A stretch of 63,840 nt of DNA, the filler included. It is 9 parts of 9 records of this genome, joined end to end, with 100 filler letters (N's around TTAATTAATTAA, not from the genome) between each part and the next. Parts side by side here need not be neighbours in the genome. Positions count along the whole stretch, not along the records: positions 35,444 to 42,119 come from SRR31156797_30547; positions 42,220 to 47,729 come from SRR31156797_30551; positions 47,830 to 53,207 come from SRR31156797_30594; 6 more parts are not named here. One strand, given 5' to 3'. Shown here in pieces: positions 41,001-50,926 of this stretch. The stretch's first letter is position 1, and the number at the start of each line of letters is the position of its first letter. A program made the translations under genes and the position numbers. The notes under the pieces are model-generated. The model was not told the DNA's origin. It worked only from the letters and a program-made list of their open reading frames with translations, and did no database searches.

Positions 41001-42047
41001 TCGGATATCTTCAGGGAGATGCTGGCGGCAAAGGGCGTTGATGCCAGGGTGATGCCCCTGACCACCCGGGCCTCCCTTGACAGGGGACGGGCGCACACCA
41101 TGACCAATGAGTATTTTTCTCTTGCAGCCCTTGTGGGAGATGTTTTCAGCCAGCTTGACAGGGCAGGGGAGGATAAGAATATCGCCTTTCTGATCCCCCA
41201 GACAGAGGGGGCTGAAGCGGACGGCCAGTACAGCCGCTTTGTAAGAACAAAACTAGATGAAAATGGGTGGAACCATGTGGGCATCGTCTCCCCTTTCATG
41301 GAAGACCTTGTTCTCAATGATCCCGAGGATTTAAACATGACCCATATGGGCCTTCTGGCTGGCGATCTTGTCAGGATGGCTCCACGGGGAGAGAGAAAGC
41401 GCCATGTCAGTAATATCCTTGATCTGATAAGAAACAAGGGGCTGTCCATGGACGGACTAAAGGAGGTGGCGGATACGGTCCATAAAGGAATAGCAGCCGG
41501 GTCGTTCAAAAAATGCCTCCTTGCCATGGGCGAGCCCCTGGTCCTGTTCAACGATTTTTTGAACAACTTCAGTTTCAGCAGGCTTGAAAACAAGGGGCAC
41601 AGGATTGTTTATGCTCCTTTCAGCGAATATATGCAGCTCTTCTGGCGGGACTTTGCGGAACAGAACGGAAAGGAAAAGACCGGTATGCTCAAGCAAAGGC
41701 TTGCCCGCCTGCAAGATGATTCAAACACCATCGGTATATCCCTGAATGGTGAGACGCCCTTTGAAGAAAATTTTGACTCCCTGATTGCACGGGCTGATGA
41801 AACCCTGGGATTTTATGCGGGCACCAACGGCAGGTACAGGGAGTCAAAAATCCTCGGGGATCTTCAGGATGTCGACGGAGTAATCACCGCAACCTCCATG
41901 TATGAAAATACGGGCATCGCCCTGAATATCCTGCACAGGGGATTTGAGGAGAAAACACCCGTTCTCAACCTGACCTTTGACGGAAACAGAAATGAAAACG
42001 ATGAAACCCGGATGGCATCGTTTCTTTTCTATTTGAAGGAAAACTAA
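38046..42047 (+). CDS. CoA-substrate-specific enzyme activase / 2-hydroxyacyl-CoA dehydratase-like fusion (two BcrAD/BadFG ATPase domains plus DUF2229-like region)
   Basis: GLDIGYS..K and GIDVGSTST; CSAGTG and CAAGTG; RCSVF and RCTVF; ETCYPVK; GCGPDS; VDEH. Confidence 0.88.
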   Translation: MYGIGLDIGYSAIKTALVDGNNKIHYTQYTLHRGDIKGTLKKHLRELVKNYNSSEITFGTVTGKGSGLFFRPGQIEPVNEVTALVEGSLGTDENIRSIVEIGGQGAKYITGFNKKDRSGINIFMNSNCSAGTGSFLEEQVSRLNLNLEDYSAHAARAGSIPRIAGRCSVFAKTDITHHQQEGTPVEDILLGLAYAVVRNFRVAVMKKRSMEKPVLFAGGVARNQGIVTALKDLLDLKEEELIIPGHSGSVGAVGAAILGIRGNRTIDLNRMIQDLERMDDDCGNRDDGISLPPLISFGWDDSLDRHDPLEIGRENQTLKCYLGIDVGSTSTNLVLSDRDNDIISHRYLRTKGDPATAVRQGLKELKEAFGNRIKVVGAGVTGSGRYHIARLVGADVVKDEITAQAKAAVAIDPHVDTIFEIGGQDSKFISIRDGRVVDFQMNKVCAAGTGSFIEEQAKKFKIPINGFGDIALNSNHPIGLGERCTVFIETTIASHLARGAKVDDIASGLCYAIVKNYLNRVVGRKTIGKKIFFQGGLAFNQGVINAFRAILGKDIIIPPFFSVTGALGAAILAKEEMGNIQTAFKGFEIEAKGVSREKKKAPTPGPGRKDGFVKQVESLIFEGYDPIVDPRKKTVGIPRALFTFGMFSMFNAFFKALDFNVILSDPTDEKTIGLAQEYSLDETCYPVKLINGHVAQLVAKKVDYLFFPDLYTVNHPGSETRQNYGCAYMQVAFKIINQAMELEKRGIKLLAPTIAFNQGPEFMMNSFAGLGKELGRSREASFNALEKGMQGFHGFEQRLKINGEKVIRRIKPNEKVFVIISKIYGVADPVLNMGIPDKLMEMGYKTISFFDLPEGRIFKDHPNLYWPFAQHILDPAYLIKEHPNLYAILLTHHGCGPDSVTSHFFSEIMGEKPFLNVEVDEHASGVGVVTRLEAFVNSLSGTETKNARDMAFYQDRVRHDGVNIKRSLKELAPGTTLYLPNIYPYSDIFREMLAAKGVDARVMPLTTRASLDRGRAHTMTNEYFSLAALVGDVFSQLDRAGEDKNIAFLIPQTEGAEADGQYSRFVRTKLDENGWNHVGIVSPFMEDLVLNDPEDLNMTHMGLLAGDLVRMAPRGERKRHVSNILDLIRNKGLSMDGLKEVADTVHKGIAAGSFKKCLLAMGEPLVLFNDFLNNFSFSRLENKGHRIVYAPFSEYMQLFWRDFAEQNGKEKTGMLKQRLARLQDDSNTIGISLNGETPFEENFDSLIARADETLGFYAGTNGRYRESKILGDLQDVDGVITATSMYENTGIALNILHRGFEEKTPVLNLTFDGNRNENDETRMASFLFYLKEN

Positions 42048-42086
42048 ATATCATGTTGTAAGCATGTCCCCCACAGCCATTGGGAA

Positions 42087-42113
42087 GGGGGCAGGCAGGT
42101 TTTGCCTGCCCCC
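42087..42113 (+). terminator. GC-rich hairpin after the activase gene, possible terminator
   Basis: GGGGGCAGGCA-GGTTT-TGCCTGCCCCC; no T tract visible before the contig end. Confidence 0.4.
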
Positions 42114-42119
42114 CCGCCG

Positions 42120-42219
42120 NNNNNNNNNNNNNNNNNNNNNNNNNNNNNNNNNNNNNNNNNNNNTTAATTAATTAANNNNNNNNNNNNNNNNNNNNNNNNN
42201 NNNNNNNNNNNNNNNNNNN
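42120..42219. other. artificial contig spacer
   Basis: N-run / TTAATTAATTAA / N-run. Confidence 0.99.
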
Positions 42220-43760
42220 TCGAGGAAAGAGGAGTCATCGGCGTATTTCTCAAGCTCTTTCAGCTTTGTCAGATCCGTAACCCATCCGTCACCGATGGCT
42301 TCGGTGATAAGGCCGGACAATGAAGGGTTGGCTTTCAGGAGCCACCGCCGCTGGGTGATTCCATTTGTCTTGTTATTGAAACGTTCCGGGAAGAGTTCGT
42401 AAAAATCGGGAACGAGTCTTTCCTTCAGGAGTTTTGAATGGAGTTCGGCAACACCGTTTACAGAATGGGACCCGAGGATTGCGAGATGAGCCATTCTGAC
42501 CCGTTTCTCTCCCCCCTCATCAATCAGAGAAAGACGACCCAGTTTTCCCATATCTCCGGGGTAAAGACCCGTGATCTTCTGGAGAAAATAGTGATTTATA
42601 TGGTAGATGATCTCCAGATGCCGGGGCAGGTATTTCTCAAACATCGAGACCGGCCATGATTCAAGGGCTTCGGGCATAAGGGTATGGTTTGTAAATCCCA
42701 GACAGTCCTGGGTCACTTCCCAGGCGGTGTCCCAGTCCAGTTCTTCCATATCAACCAAAAGCCGCATCAGTTCGGCTACCGCGATGGCCGGGTGGGTATC
42801 ATTCAACTGGATGGCCATGAACTCCGAGAGTTTTTCGATCCGTTCATCCAGTCGTCTGAACCGGCGGAGGATATCCTGGAGGGAGGCGCTGACGAAGAAA
42901 AACTGCTGCTTGAATCTAAGTTCCTTTCCCGAATAGATGGCATCGTTGGGGTAGAGGACCTTTGTCAGAGTTTCGGCAAGGACATCTTCATCTACAGAGT
43001 TGTAGTAATTTCCCTGGTTAAATTCCTGAAAGTCAAACTGCTCGACGCTTTCGGAATCCCATAATCTTAGGGTATCAACGGTTCTTCCGTCATAACCGAC
43101 AATGGGAGTGTCGAAGGGAACACCGATAATATCGTTGGTATCTACCCAGAAGCAGCGACCCTTCTTGTTCCGGGCAACCCTGCCGCCGAACTGAACCGTC
43201 ACAGGGATATCATTCCTCCGGATTTCCCAGGGGTTCGTGAATTTCAGCCAGTTGTCGGCCTCTTCAAACTGGTAACCGTTGATGATGTTCTGTTTAAAGA
43301 ATCCGTACCGGTATCGGAGGCCGTAACCGTAGGCCGGCATCTCCAGGGTGGCCATGGAATCGAGAAAGCAGGCGGCAAGCCGGCCCAGACCTCCGTTGCC
43401 CAGACCGCTGTCCACCATGGCGGAGTTGATCTCCTCCCATTGAACCCCGACCTCTTCAAGCATTTTATCAACCTCGTTCTTTATCCCGAGGTTGATCATG
43501 TTGTTGGACATGGAGCGCCCCATCAGGAACTCAAAGGAAAAATAGTTGATGTATTTTGCTTTTTCGTTCAGAAAATGGGACTTCGAGGCGAACCAGCGAT
43601 CAATAATTCTGTCTCTGACCATAAATGCCAGGGCCAGATACTTATCCGTACTTTCACTCATTTCCAGGGAAACTGCCTGGCTGTATTTAAGGTGATCAAG
43701 GAATCCCTTTTTCAAGGCTTCCACAGATCTTCCTTTTCTTGAACCGTCTGTTGTGTTCAT
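42220..43760 (-). CDS. glgP: glycogen phosphorylase (3' truncated)
   Basis: GLGNGGLGRLAACFLDS, QLNDTHP, TNHTLMPEALE, NGVAELHS, NKTNGITQRRWL. Confidence 0.97.
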
Positions 43761-45793
43761 TTAATGTCTCCTGTCTTGAGAGCCTCATCGATAAGATCCA
43801 GGGCTCTCAGTATCTCTCCCGTACTCCATGCCTGGGCGAAGCAGCCTTTTCCCTCCTCGGGAACAAGACCGTCGAAAATTTCAGACACGAAGCCGATTCC
43901 CTGCCGGTATAGATGTTTTTCCAGCAGATTTTCAAAGTATTCTTTCCAGAAAAGCGATTCTTTTTCAAGATCTTCGGCGGCCAAACTTGACGATTTTACT
44001 GATATTGCCGATTCTGCCATAATTCCAATGGGCCAGGGCCACACAGTTCCCTGATGGTAGACCGAATCTCTCTCCTCCGAGCCACCCTCGTAGCAGGGTG
44101 AAAAATCCCGATCTCCCGGGCCGAGGGTGCGCATGCCCATAGGGGTCAGGAGTTCTTTTTTTGCCCTCTCCACAACGGAAAGGCGAACCTCCCGGGATAG
44201 AAGTCCCGGAGAGGCGGAGGCGGCAAAGAGCATATTGGGTCGGATTTTTCCATCCTGCCTTCCCTCTACAACCGTATCGGAGAGGCCGGCAGGATTGCCC
44301 GCTTCATCCCGGAGGAGAAAGGTATCTGAAAAATTCTTTTCTATCTTTTCAATAAAGGGTGAAACGAATTCCGGTGTTTTTTTTTGAAACATCTCCGAAA
44401 GCCTCTTAAGGGTGCAGAGGGCATCATACCAGAGGGCGTTCAGATCGACCGCCAGACCGTGCCGGGGGGTAACCGGTTTTCCCCAGGCCGTAGCATCCAT
44501 CCAGGTAAGCTGTGTGTCGGGGCTGCCGGTATTGAGCAGTCCCGTTTCCTCGAGACGGGCATTGGGGACCCTGTTTTCTGAAAAGGCTGTAACAATGGCA
44601 AGAATGGCCGGATGGATTTTCTTTTCCAGCCTGGCGAGCTGCGTTTTGTTCAGACTCTGTTCATCAAGAAGTTTCCGTACCGCCCAGCAGTAGAGGAGTC
44701 CCGCATCCATAGAGTTGTAGGATGTGAATCCCTGGGACTCTCCGAGAGTGTTTGGCAGCAGTCCGTCCCTTATCAGAGAGGCGTAGTCGGCGAGGATGCT
44801 GATGCCCAGATCCTTTCGTCCGCTGCAGAATGTCAGACCCGGAAGGGCGATCATTGTGTCCCGTCCCCACTCCCCGAACCAAGGGAATCCGGCGTTTATT
44901 GAACTGCCGCCGAGACTGTTTTTTACCAGAAAACAGCTCCCCCGTTCTTTCAGGAAATCCCGGGCTGTTTTTACCTTTTTTACCCCACCCTCCGTCGAAG
45001 CGAGAACTTTGGAGTAGATTTCTTCAAGATCATCAGAATCAGAATCCCCCAGGGAGATTCTTATAATAAAGGGTTTGTCCTTTTTCAGGTTAATTTTCAC
45101 ATTGCCGGGGACAAATCGGTCTTCTGTGGATTCCAGCCCTCTGCGTTCTTCGATTGGATATTCAATATTTCTGTCCCAGTACCAGTTGTCTTCTCTTTCC
45201 CATCTGCCCGAGAATGATACGGCGCAGGAGGGCAGGGGGGGGTAGGGCTGAATCTTAAATCCCCCTTCCAGCTGCTTGACTCCCATCGAAAGAGAGGCAT
45301 TTTCATGGGTTGTGTAATTGGCGTCTCTGCAGGTGAAAAGCATTTTCAATTCCAGATCCAGAGCCGGACCGCCGGAGAGGAGAGTGAAAGCGATGTAAAC
45401 CGAGGGCTCCTCGGGGAGCATGAAAACTTCCTTCCGGATCTCCCTCTCCTTTTTCCGATAATGCCACCGGGGATGGGGAAGGGATTCAAAGCTTGAAAGG
45501 TTTTCATACCCCCGGGGGTGCACCGCACCGGGATATTTGTTGACGGCCATGCTGAAATCCGGATCATCCGAAGGCCGGGCTTCGATTGCCGAAAGCAGGT
45601 GATAGCGGCCTTCCCTGCCCGGGAGAGGGGTTACCAGAAGTCCGTGATATTTCCGCGTTGGACAGTCTATAAGGCTGGATGAAGCGAAGGCTCCTGCCCC
45701 GTTGGTGACAAGCCACTCGGAACTGCTTCCTTTTTCAAAATCAAAGGGGCCTGTAAAAGACCCCTGTATCGGGAGTTTCGAATTATCTGCCAT
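43757..45793 (-). CDS. amylo-alpha-1,6-glucosidase / glycogen debranching enzyme (GH133-like)
   Basis: EWLVTNGAG, RKYHGLL, AGFPWFGEWGRDTMIALPGL, LTWMDA, YHQGTVWPW, SEIFDG, AQAWS. Confidence 0.92.
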   Translation of the reverse strand: MADNSKLPIQGSFTGPFDFEKGSSSEWLVTNGAGAFASSSLIDCPTRKYHGLLVTPLPGREGRYHLLSAIEARPSDDPDFSMAVNKYPGAVHPRGYENLSSFESLPHPRWHYRKKEREIRKEVFMLPEEPSVYIAFTLLSGGPALDLELKMLFTCRDANYTTHENASLSMGVKQLEGGFKIQPYPPLPSCAVSFSGRWEREDNWYWDRNIEYPIEERRGLESTEDRFVPGNVKINLKKDKPFIIRISLGDSDSDDLEEIYSKVLASTEGGVKKVKTARDFLKERGSCFLVKNSLGGSSINAGFPWFGEWGRDTMIALPGLTFCSGRKDLGISILADYASLIRDGLLPNTLGESQGFTSYNSMDAGLLYCWAVRKLLDEQSLNKTQLARLEKKIHPAILAIVTAFSENRVPNARLEETGLLNTGSPDTQLTWMDATAWGKPVTPRHGLAVDLNALWYDALCTLKRLSEMFQKKTPEFVSPFIEKIEKNFSDTFLLRDEAGNPAGLSDTVVEGRQDGKIRPNMLFAASASPGLLSREVRLSVVERAKKELLTPMGMRTLGPGDRDFSPCYEGGSEERDSVYHQGTVWPWPIGIMAESAISVKSSSLAAEDLEKESLFWKEYFENLLEKHLYRQGIGFVSEIFDGLVPEEGKGCFAQAWSTGEILRALDLIDEALKTGDIK

Positions 45794-45807
45794 ATGTACC
45801 TCTTTGT

Positions 45808-47729
45808 TTAATCCGCCCTGAAGACAAGTCCTGTACGGGAGGGCAGATAGGGAGTAATGCGCATAACCCCGTCGGAGCCTTTTTCGGCTTTCAGGGGAAT
45901 GGTGCTGTCGAGCCTGGAAAACCCGCCGAATCCTTCCTCATCGGTGTTGAAGACAATCCTGTAGGTTCCTTCGTTTACGGGAAGGCCGTACTCCTGGAAA
46001 GAGCGTTCGGGGTTCAGGTTGATAACGTAATAAAGGGGCCCTCGCCGGTAAAAAATTACCATGTCGTCTTCGCGGAGGTAGCACATCTCTGAGTACCGGC
46101 TTTTAAGGCTTTCGGTACAGGAGGAGAGCAGACCTCCGGTGAAGGACTGAAGCTGTCCGTACCGCAGCTTCGGGTTATCCGCAAGGGACCATTGCCTTCG
46201 GGCGTAGTGATAGCTCCAGTTGTTTCCTTCCCGGGGGAAGTCTATCCATTCAGGATGTCCAAATTCATTCCCCATGAAATTCATAAAACCATCCCCTCCG
46301 AGGGAGAAGGTCATAAGATTTATAAGTTTATAGAGAGCCATTCCCCGGCTGACGGGGAGGGAGTCGACGGAAAGGGCCATATCGGTGTACATGGCTGCGT
46401 CGATCAGTCTGAAGATGATGGTTTTATCTCCCACCAGAGCCTGATCGTGACTTTCGGAGTAGGCGATATGCTTTTCCGTGTACCGGCGGTTATTCAGGGT
46501 TTCCCAAATGCCTCCGGCGGACCACTGCTCATCCTGCAGATGTTTCAGGATTTTTATCCAGTAGTCCGGGATCCCCATGGCCAGACGGTAATCGAAGCCG
46601 CAGCCCCCTTCTTTCGGAGTTCTTGCTATCCCGGGCATTCCGCTCATATCTTCGGCAATGGTGACGGCACCGGGGTGGAGTCTGTGTATCAGATCGTTTG
46701 CCAGGGTCAGGTAGAGGACGGCATCCTCATCCACATTGCCGCTGAAATATTTGTCGTAGTGATCGAAGCTGGCACCCAGACCGTGATCTTTGTAGAGCAT
46801 GGAAGTGACTCCGTCAAAACGGAATCCGTCAAGCTGATACTCTTCCAGCCAGAAGGCGCAGTTGGAAAGGAGGAAGTTAATGACCTCGTCCTTCCCGTAG
46901 TCGAAGCAGCGGGAGTCCCAGGCCGGATGATCGCCCCGATCCCCCTGGTGAAAGTAGCTGTAGGTTGAACCGTCCTGCCGGCTGAGTCCTTCGACCACGT
47001 TTTTAACCGCATGACTGTGGACCAGATCCATGATAACACGGATTTCTGATTCATGGCAGGCATCTACAAGAGCTTTAAACTCCTCCGGAGTGCCGTATCG
47101 GAAGGTAAGGCCGTAGAAACTGGAAACCTGATAGCCGAAGGAGCCGTAGTAGGGGTGTTCCATAAGAGCCATAAACTGGACTGTATTGAATCCGGCTGCT
47201 TTGATCCGCGGAAGGACATCGGTACGGAATTCATCAAAACTCCCGACTCCACCCTCTTCTTTCGCCATTCCAATATGGGCTTCATAGATTAAGAGAGGTT
47301 CATCCCCTTCTTCAATGCGAAGGTTTCTCCACTCATATGGCTGGGGCGGATCCCAGACCTGGGCGCTGAAGATATAAGTTTCCTGATCCTGCACCGCCCT
47401 CCGGCAGTAAGCCGGGATTCTGTCTCCGGAGCCGCCGGGCCACCGCAGATGGAGCCTGTAGAGATCTTCGTGATTAAGGCTTCCCTGTTTCAGCCTGATC
47501 TCCCAGTCCCCGTGATTGTTCAGTTTTGAAAATGCGAACTCCCCTGAGGGCTGCCAGCCGTTCCTGTCGCAGAGAAGATACATCTCTTCGGCGTTGGGCG
47601 CCCATTCGCGAATAACTATTTCTTTCTCTTCGTTGTGAAGCCCGTAGTAGAGGTGAGCGCTGCCGAAGCCGCTTGATATTATCCTGTCTTTTGCGGATTC
47701 AAACCGCTCGGTCCTGCCTCGGATGCAAC
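45808..47729 (-). CDS. glgB: 1,4-alpha-glucan branching enzyme, GH13_8-like (5' truncated)
   Basis: frame open to the contig edge (REWAPNA); MEHPYYGSFGYQV, DGFRFDGVTSMLY, ESHDQALVGDKT, FMGNEFGHPEWIDFPR. Confidence 0.93.
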
Positions 47730-47829
47730 NNNNNNNNNNNNNNNNNNNNNNNNNNNNNNNNNNNNNNNNNNNNTTAATTAATTAANNNNNNNNNNNNNNN
47801 NNNNNNNNNNNNNNNNNNNNNNNNNNNNN
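47730..47829. other. artificial contig spacer
   Basis: N-run / TTAATTAATTAA / N-run. Confidence 0.99.
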
Positions 47830-48287
47830 TCAATGATTGCCTGAGCAGGTACGGCTCGTATCCCAGCTTCAAAAAATGCCTGGCTGACCTCTTCTTCAAA
47901 AAAGTAGCCGTCAGCCACTGTTGTTGTTCCGCCAAGAAGCATTTCAGCTGCTGCAAGTTTGCTGCACCAGTAAGCCATTTCAGGATTCACATGTTTGGCT
48001 TCAGCGGGAAAGATATGTTCATTAAGCCATGTCGAAAGGGCGAGATCGTCTGCCATTCCGCGAAAAAGCGTCATGGGTGCGTGGCAGTGACCGTTGACTA
48101 AGCCGGACATGGCCAATTGTCCTTGTCCGTCTACGGTTGTCTCCTTGGCTTGTGCCGGACATTGCTCCATGGGCCCGGTCTGCACAATACGTTCTTTTTC
48201 AATGGCGATAAAGCCATGGGGGATTGATTCGTTTTTTGTCGGGTCAGGAACGATGTGGCAATTTTTTATAAGCAGGTCAATGTTCAT
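47830..48287 (-). CDS. amidohydrolase, MTA/SAH deaminase-like (3' truncated)
   Basis: GLVNGHCHAPMTLFRGMADDL..WLNEHIFPAE; EMLLGGTTT. Confidence 0.85.
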
Positions 48288-48561
48288 GAAGGCGGTTGTT
48301 TGAGGAAAAATGCAGTTGTTTACGTCTTTAACACGTGTTGGATTATATGTGTCGCTTTGCCTCATAACTGCTTGCAAAACGTACAAGAGCTGTGTATCAC
48401 AGGTGGCAGTTTTTTTATTTTAAAATTGACTATACTCGAATAAGCAGCAAGGTGGCAAGGCGATATCCTATATGCCGCGTGTCGGAACGGCTGCTGAGTT
48501 AATTATAGCATTATTTGTAACTATTCAGCCAAGATCAATAAGTTGCCCGTTTTTGAGGACT

Positions 48562-48702
48562 GTAACTGTTAAGCAGTGCTCCATATGGGCATAAGCTGAT
48601 CGATTTGGCAGATAGTATCGACTTCGATACATTAGTATGCAAAGCGATCCGATCGCGCCCAGAGGTAAGCGTAGACTCCGTGGGGTGCTGCTAAATAGTT
48701 AC
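48562..48702. mobile_element. MITE-like / REP-like element with 22-bp imperfect terminal inverted repeats
   Basis: GTAACTGTTAAGCAGTGCTCCA ... TGGGGTGCTGCTAAATAGTTAC; second partial copy at 53111-53207. Confidence 0.6.
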
Positions 48703-48730
48703 CATTATCTTATCTATTGTTGAGGGTTAT

Positions 48731-49828
48731 ATGGGGTTTCGTTGTGGTATTGTAGGGCTGCCGAATGTTGGTAAGTCGACTATTTTTAATGCGTTAACAG
48801 CCGCAGCTATTGATGCGGAAAACTATCCTTTTTGTACTATTGAGCCAAATGTCGGGATCGTACCTGTCCCGGATGAACGCCTTGATATCCTGGCTGATTT
48901 AGCGAAAACAAAAAGCAAAGTGCCTACTCAAATGGAGTTTGTCGATATCGCCGGGTTGGTAAAGGGAGCCAGCCAGGGTGAAGGGCTGGGTAACCAGTTC
49001 TTGGGGCATATCCGTCAGGTTGATGCCATACTCCATGTTGTCCGCTGCTTTGAAGATGGAAATATTGTGCACGTTGACGGTGATATAAATCCATTGCGGG
49101 ACATGGAGGTCATTTCCATGGAACTGGTTCTGGCCGATATTGAAACCGTGGAAAAGCGGTTTGTTAAGGCACGAAATCAGACGAAGTCTGGGGATAAGCA
49201 GGCCATCGCTGAAGTAGCATTTCTAGAAAAAATTCAAGCGCTGCTTAATGACGGCAAACCTGCAAGAGTCATTACTCCGGAAAGTGATGTTGAGAAAACT
49301 CTTTTGCGTGATCTTTGCCTGCTGACAACCAAGCCTGTACTCTATGTGGCAAACGTTAACGAGGATGACCTGAGCAGCGGCAATCAATATGTAGAGCAAT
49401 TGACAAAAGCCGCGCACGAGGAAAATGCCTCCATTGTAACGATTGCCGGTGGAATTGAGCAGGAACTTAGTCTTTTAGACCCGGAAGAGCAGCAGGAGTT
49501 TCTCCAAGATCTCGGCTTGACAGAACCAGGACTGAATCGATTGATTCATGCAGGTTATGATCTGCTCAACCTGATTACCTATTTCACAGTAGGTGAAAAG
49601 GAAACAAGGGCCTGGACTATTAGCAGGGGGACCAAAGCGCCGCAGGCTGCAGGCAAAATCCATACTGATTTTGAACGAGGATTTATTCGAGCAGAGGTCA
49701 TAGCCTATGAAGACTATGTTGCTTGCCGTACTGAAGCAGAGGCGAGAAGCAGGGGAGTGATGCGTTCAGAAGGCAAGGAGTATGTCTTCAAGGATGGCGA
49801 TTGTGTTAACTTCCTCTTTAATGTTTAA
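48731..49828 (+). CDS. ychF: ribosome-binding ATPase YchF
   Basis: GIVGLPNVGKSTIFN, NYPFCTIEPN, DIAGLVKGASQGEGLGNQFL, TGS domain. Confidence 0.98.
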   Translation: MGFRCGIVGLPNVGKSTIFNALTAAAIDAENYPFCTIEPNVGIVPVPDERLDILADLAKTKSKVPTQMEFVDIAGLVKGASQGEGLGNQFLGHIRQVDAILHVVRCFEDGNIVHVDGDINPLRDMEVISMELVLADIETVEKRFVKARNQTKSGDKQAIAEVAFLEKIQALLNDGKPARVITPESDVEKTLLRDLCLLTTKPVLYVANVNEDDLSSGNQYVEQLTKAAHEENASIVTIAGGIEQELSLLDPEEQQEFLQDLGLTEPGLNRLIHAGYDLLNLITYFTVGEKETRAWTISRGTKAPQAAGKIHTDFERGFIRAEVIAYEDYVACRTEAEARSRGVMRSEGKEYVFKDGDCVNFLFNV

Positions 49829-49843
49829 AGAGGCGCGAAAATC

Positions 49844-50926
49844 ATGAGCCAGCAATCACTTAAAAAAATATTTGTCACTGACTTGCAGCAGGGACAGCAG
49901 GTGAGCGAAATTTTTCTTCTCTCCCGTAAAACACTTGCTGAGACTAAGGCAGGAAAACCCTACTTGGCGCTGGAGTTGATGGATAAAACCGGGGAGATTG
50001 AAGCCAGGTTGTGGGATAACGCTGTTCGGTATGACGGCGAGGCAGATGTAGGAGATTTTGTCCTGGTGAATGCTACTGCCAAGTCCTATCGTGACCAGCT
50101 CCAGCTTGGAGTTTCTTCCTTGCAGCGCGTTGGTGATGATCAGGTGCAGCTTGAACAGTTTATGCCTACCAGTAAACGTCCTTTGGCGGAAATGGAAGCT
50201 GAATTGCAGGATGTTATCAGCAATATACAGGATATGCCGCTTCAGCAGCTGCTGAACGAGATTTTTCAAGGAGAGACCCTTAAAAGGTTTGTGCGGGCAC
50301 CTGCTGCCAAAAAAATGCATCACGCATATATAGGCGGCTTGCTGGAACATACCCTGTCCATAATAGGGATGGCTATTAAAACAGCGGATCATTATCCCAT
50401 GATTGATGGTGATATGCTCATCGCTGGAGCATTACTCCATGATATTGCCAAAATAAGCGAGTTCGATTTTGGTTCCATGCCTTTTGACTATACCGACCAG
50501 GGACGACTGGTTGGTCATCTGGTTTTGGGGGCTGAAATGGTTCGGCGGGCAGCTGAAAATATACAAGGGCTTGACCAGGATAAGGTTGACCGGATTACCC
50601 ATCTGATTCTCAGCCACCATGGTCAGCTGGAGTTTGGTTCGCCTGTATTGCCGATGACTCCTGAGGCAATGTTGCTCCACCATCTTGATGATATGGATGC
50701 AAAGATGAACTATATGGAGCAATTGTGTGACAAAATGGAAGAGCCTGGCTGGCAGTGGACTGCCTACCAGCGGCCGCTGGAAAGATTTTTGTATCTCCAG
50801 GGGAGGGGCGACGAGCAAGGTGTGCCCATGGCACCCCAATCTGGGCAGAGTAAACAGGGAAAGCCCAGAAAGAACATGCGTCTGAGCAACGGACAGGCCA
50901 AGCAGAAGCAGCAGTCGCTATTCTAA
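49844..50926 (+). CDS. OB-fold plus HD domain 3'-5' exoribonuclease, YhaM/Cbf1-like
   Basis: GKPYL..DKTGEIEARLW, PAAKKMHHAYIGGLLEHT, LLHDIAK, SHHG. Confidence 0.88.
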   Translation: MSQQSLKKIFVTDLQQGQQVSEIFLLSRKTLAETKAGKPYLALELMDKTGEIEARLWDNAVRYDGEADVGDFVLVNATAKSYRDQLQLGVSSLQRVGDDQVQLEQFMPTSKRPLAEMEAELQDVISNIQDMPLQQLLNEIFQGETLKRFVRAPAAKKMHHAYIGGLLEHTLSIIGMAIKTADHYPMIDGDMLIAGALLHDIAKISEFDFGSMPFDYTDQGRLVGHLVLGAEMVRRAAENIQGLDQDKVDRITHLILSHHGQLEFGSPVLPMTPEAMLLHHLDDMDAKMNYMEQLCDKMEEPGWQWTAYQRPLERFLYLQGRGDEQGVPMAPQSGQSKQGKPRKNMRLSNGQAKQKQQSLF

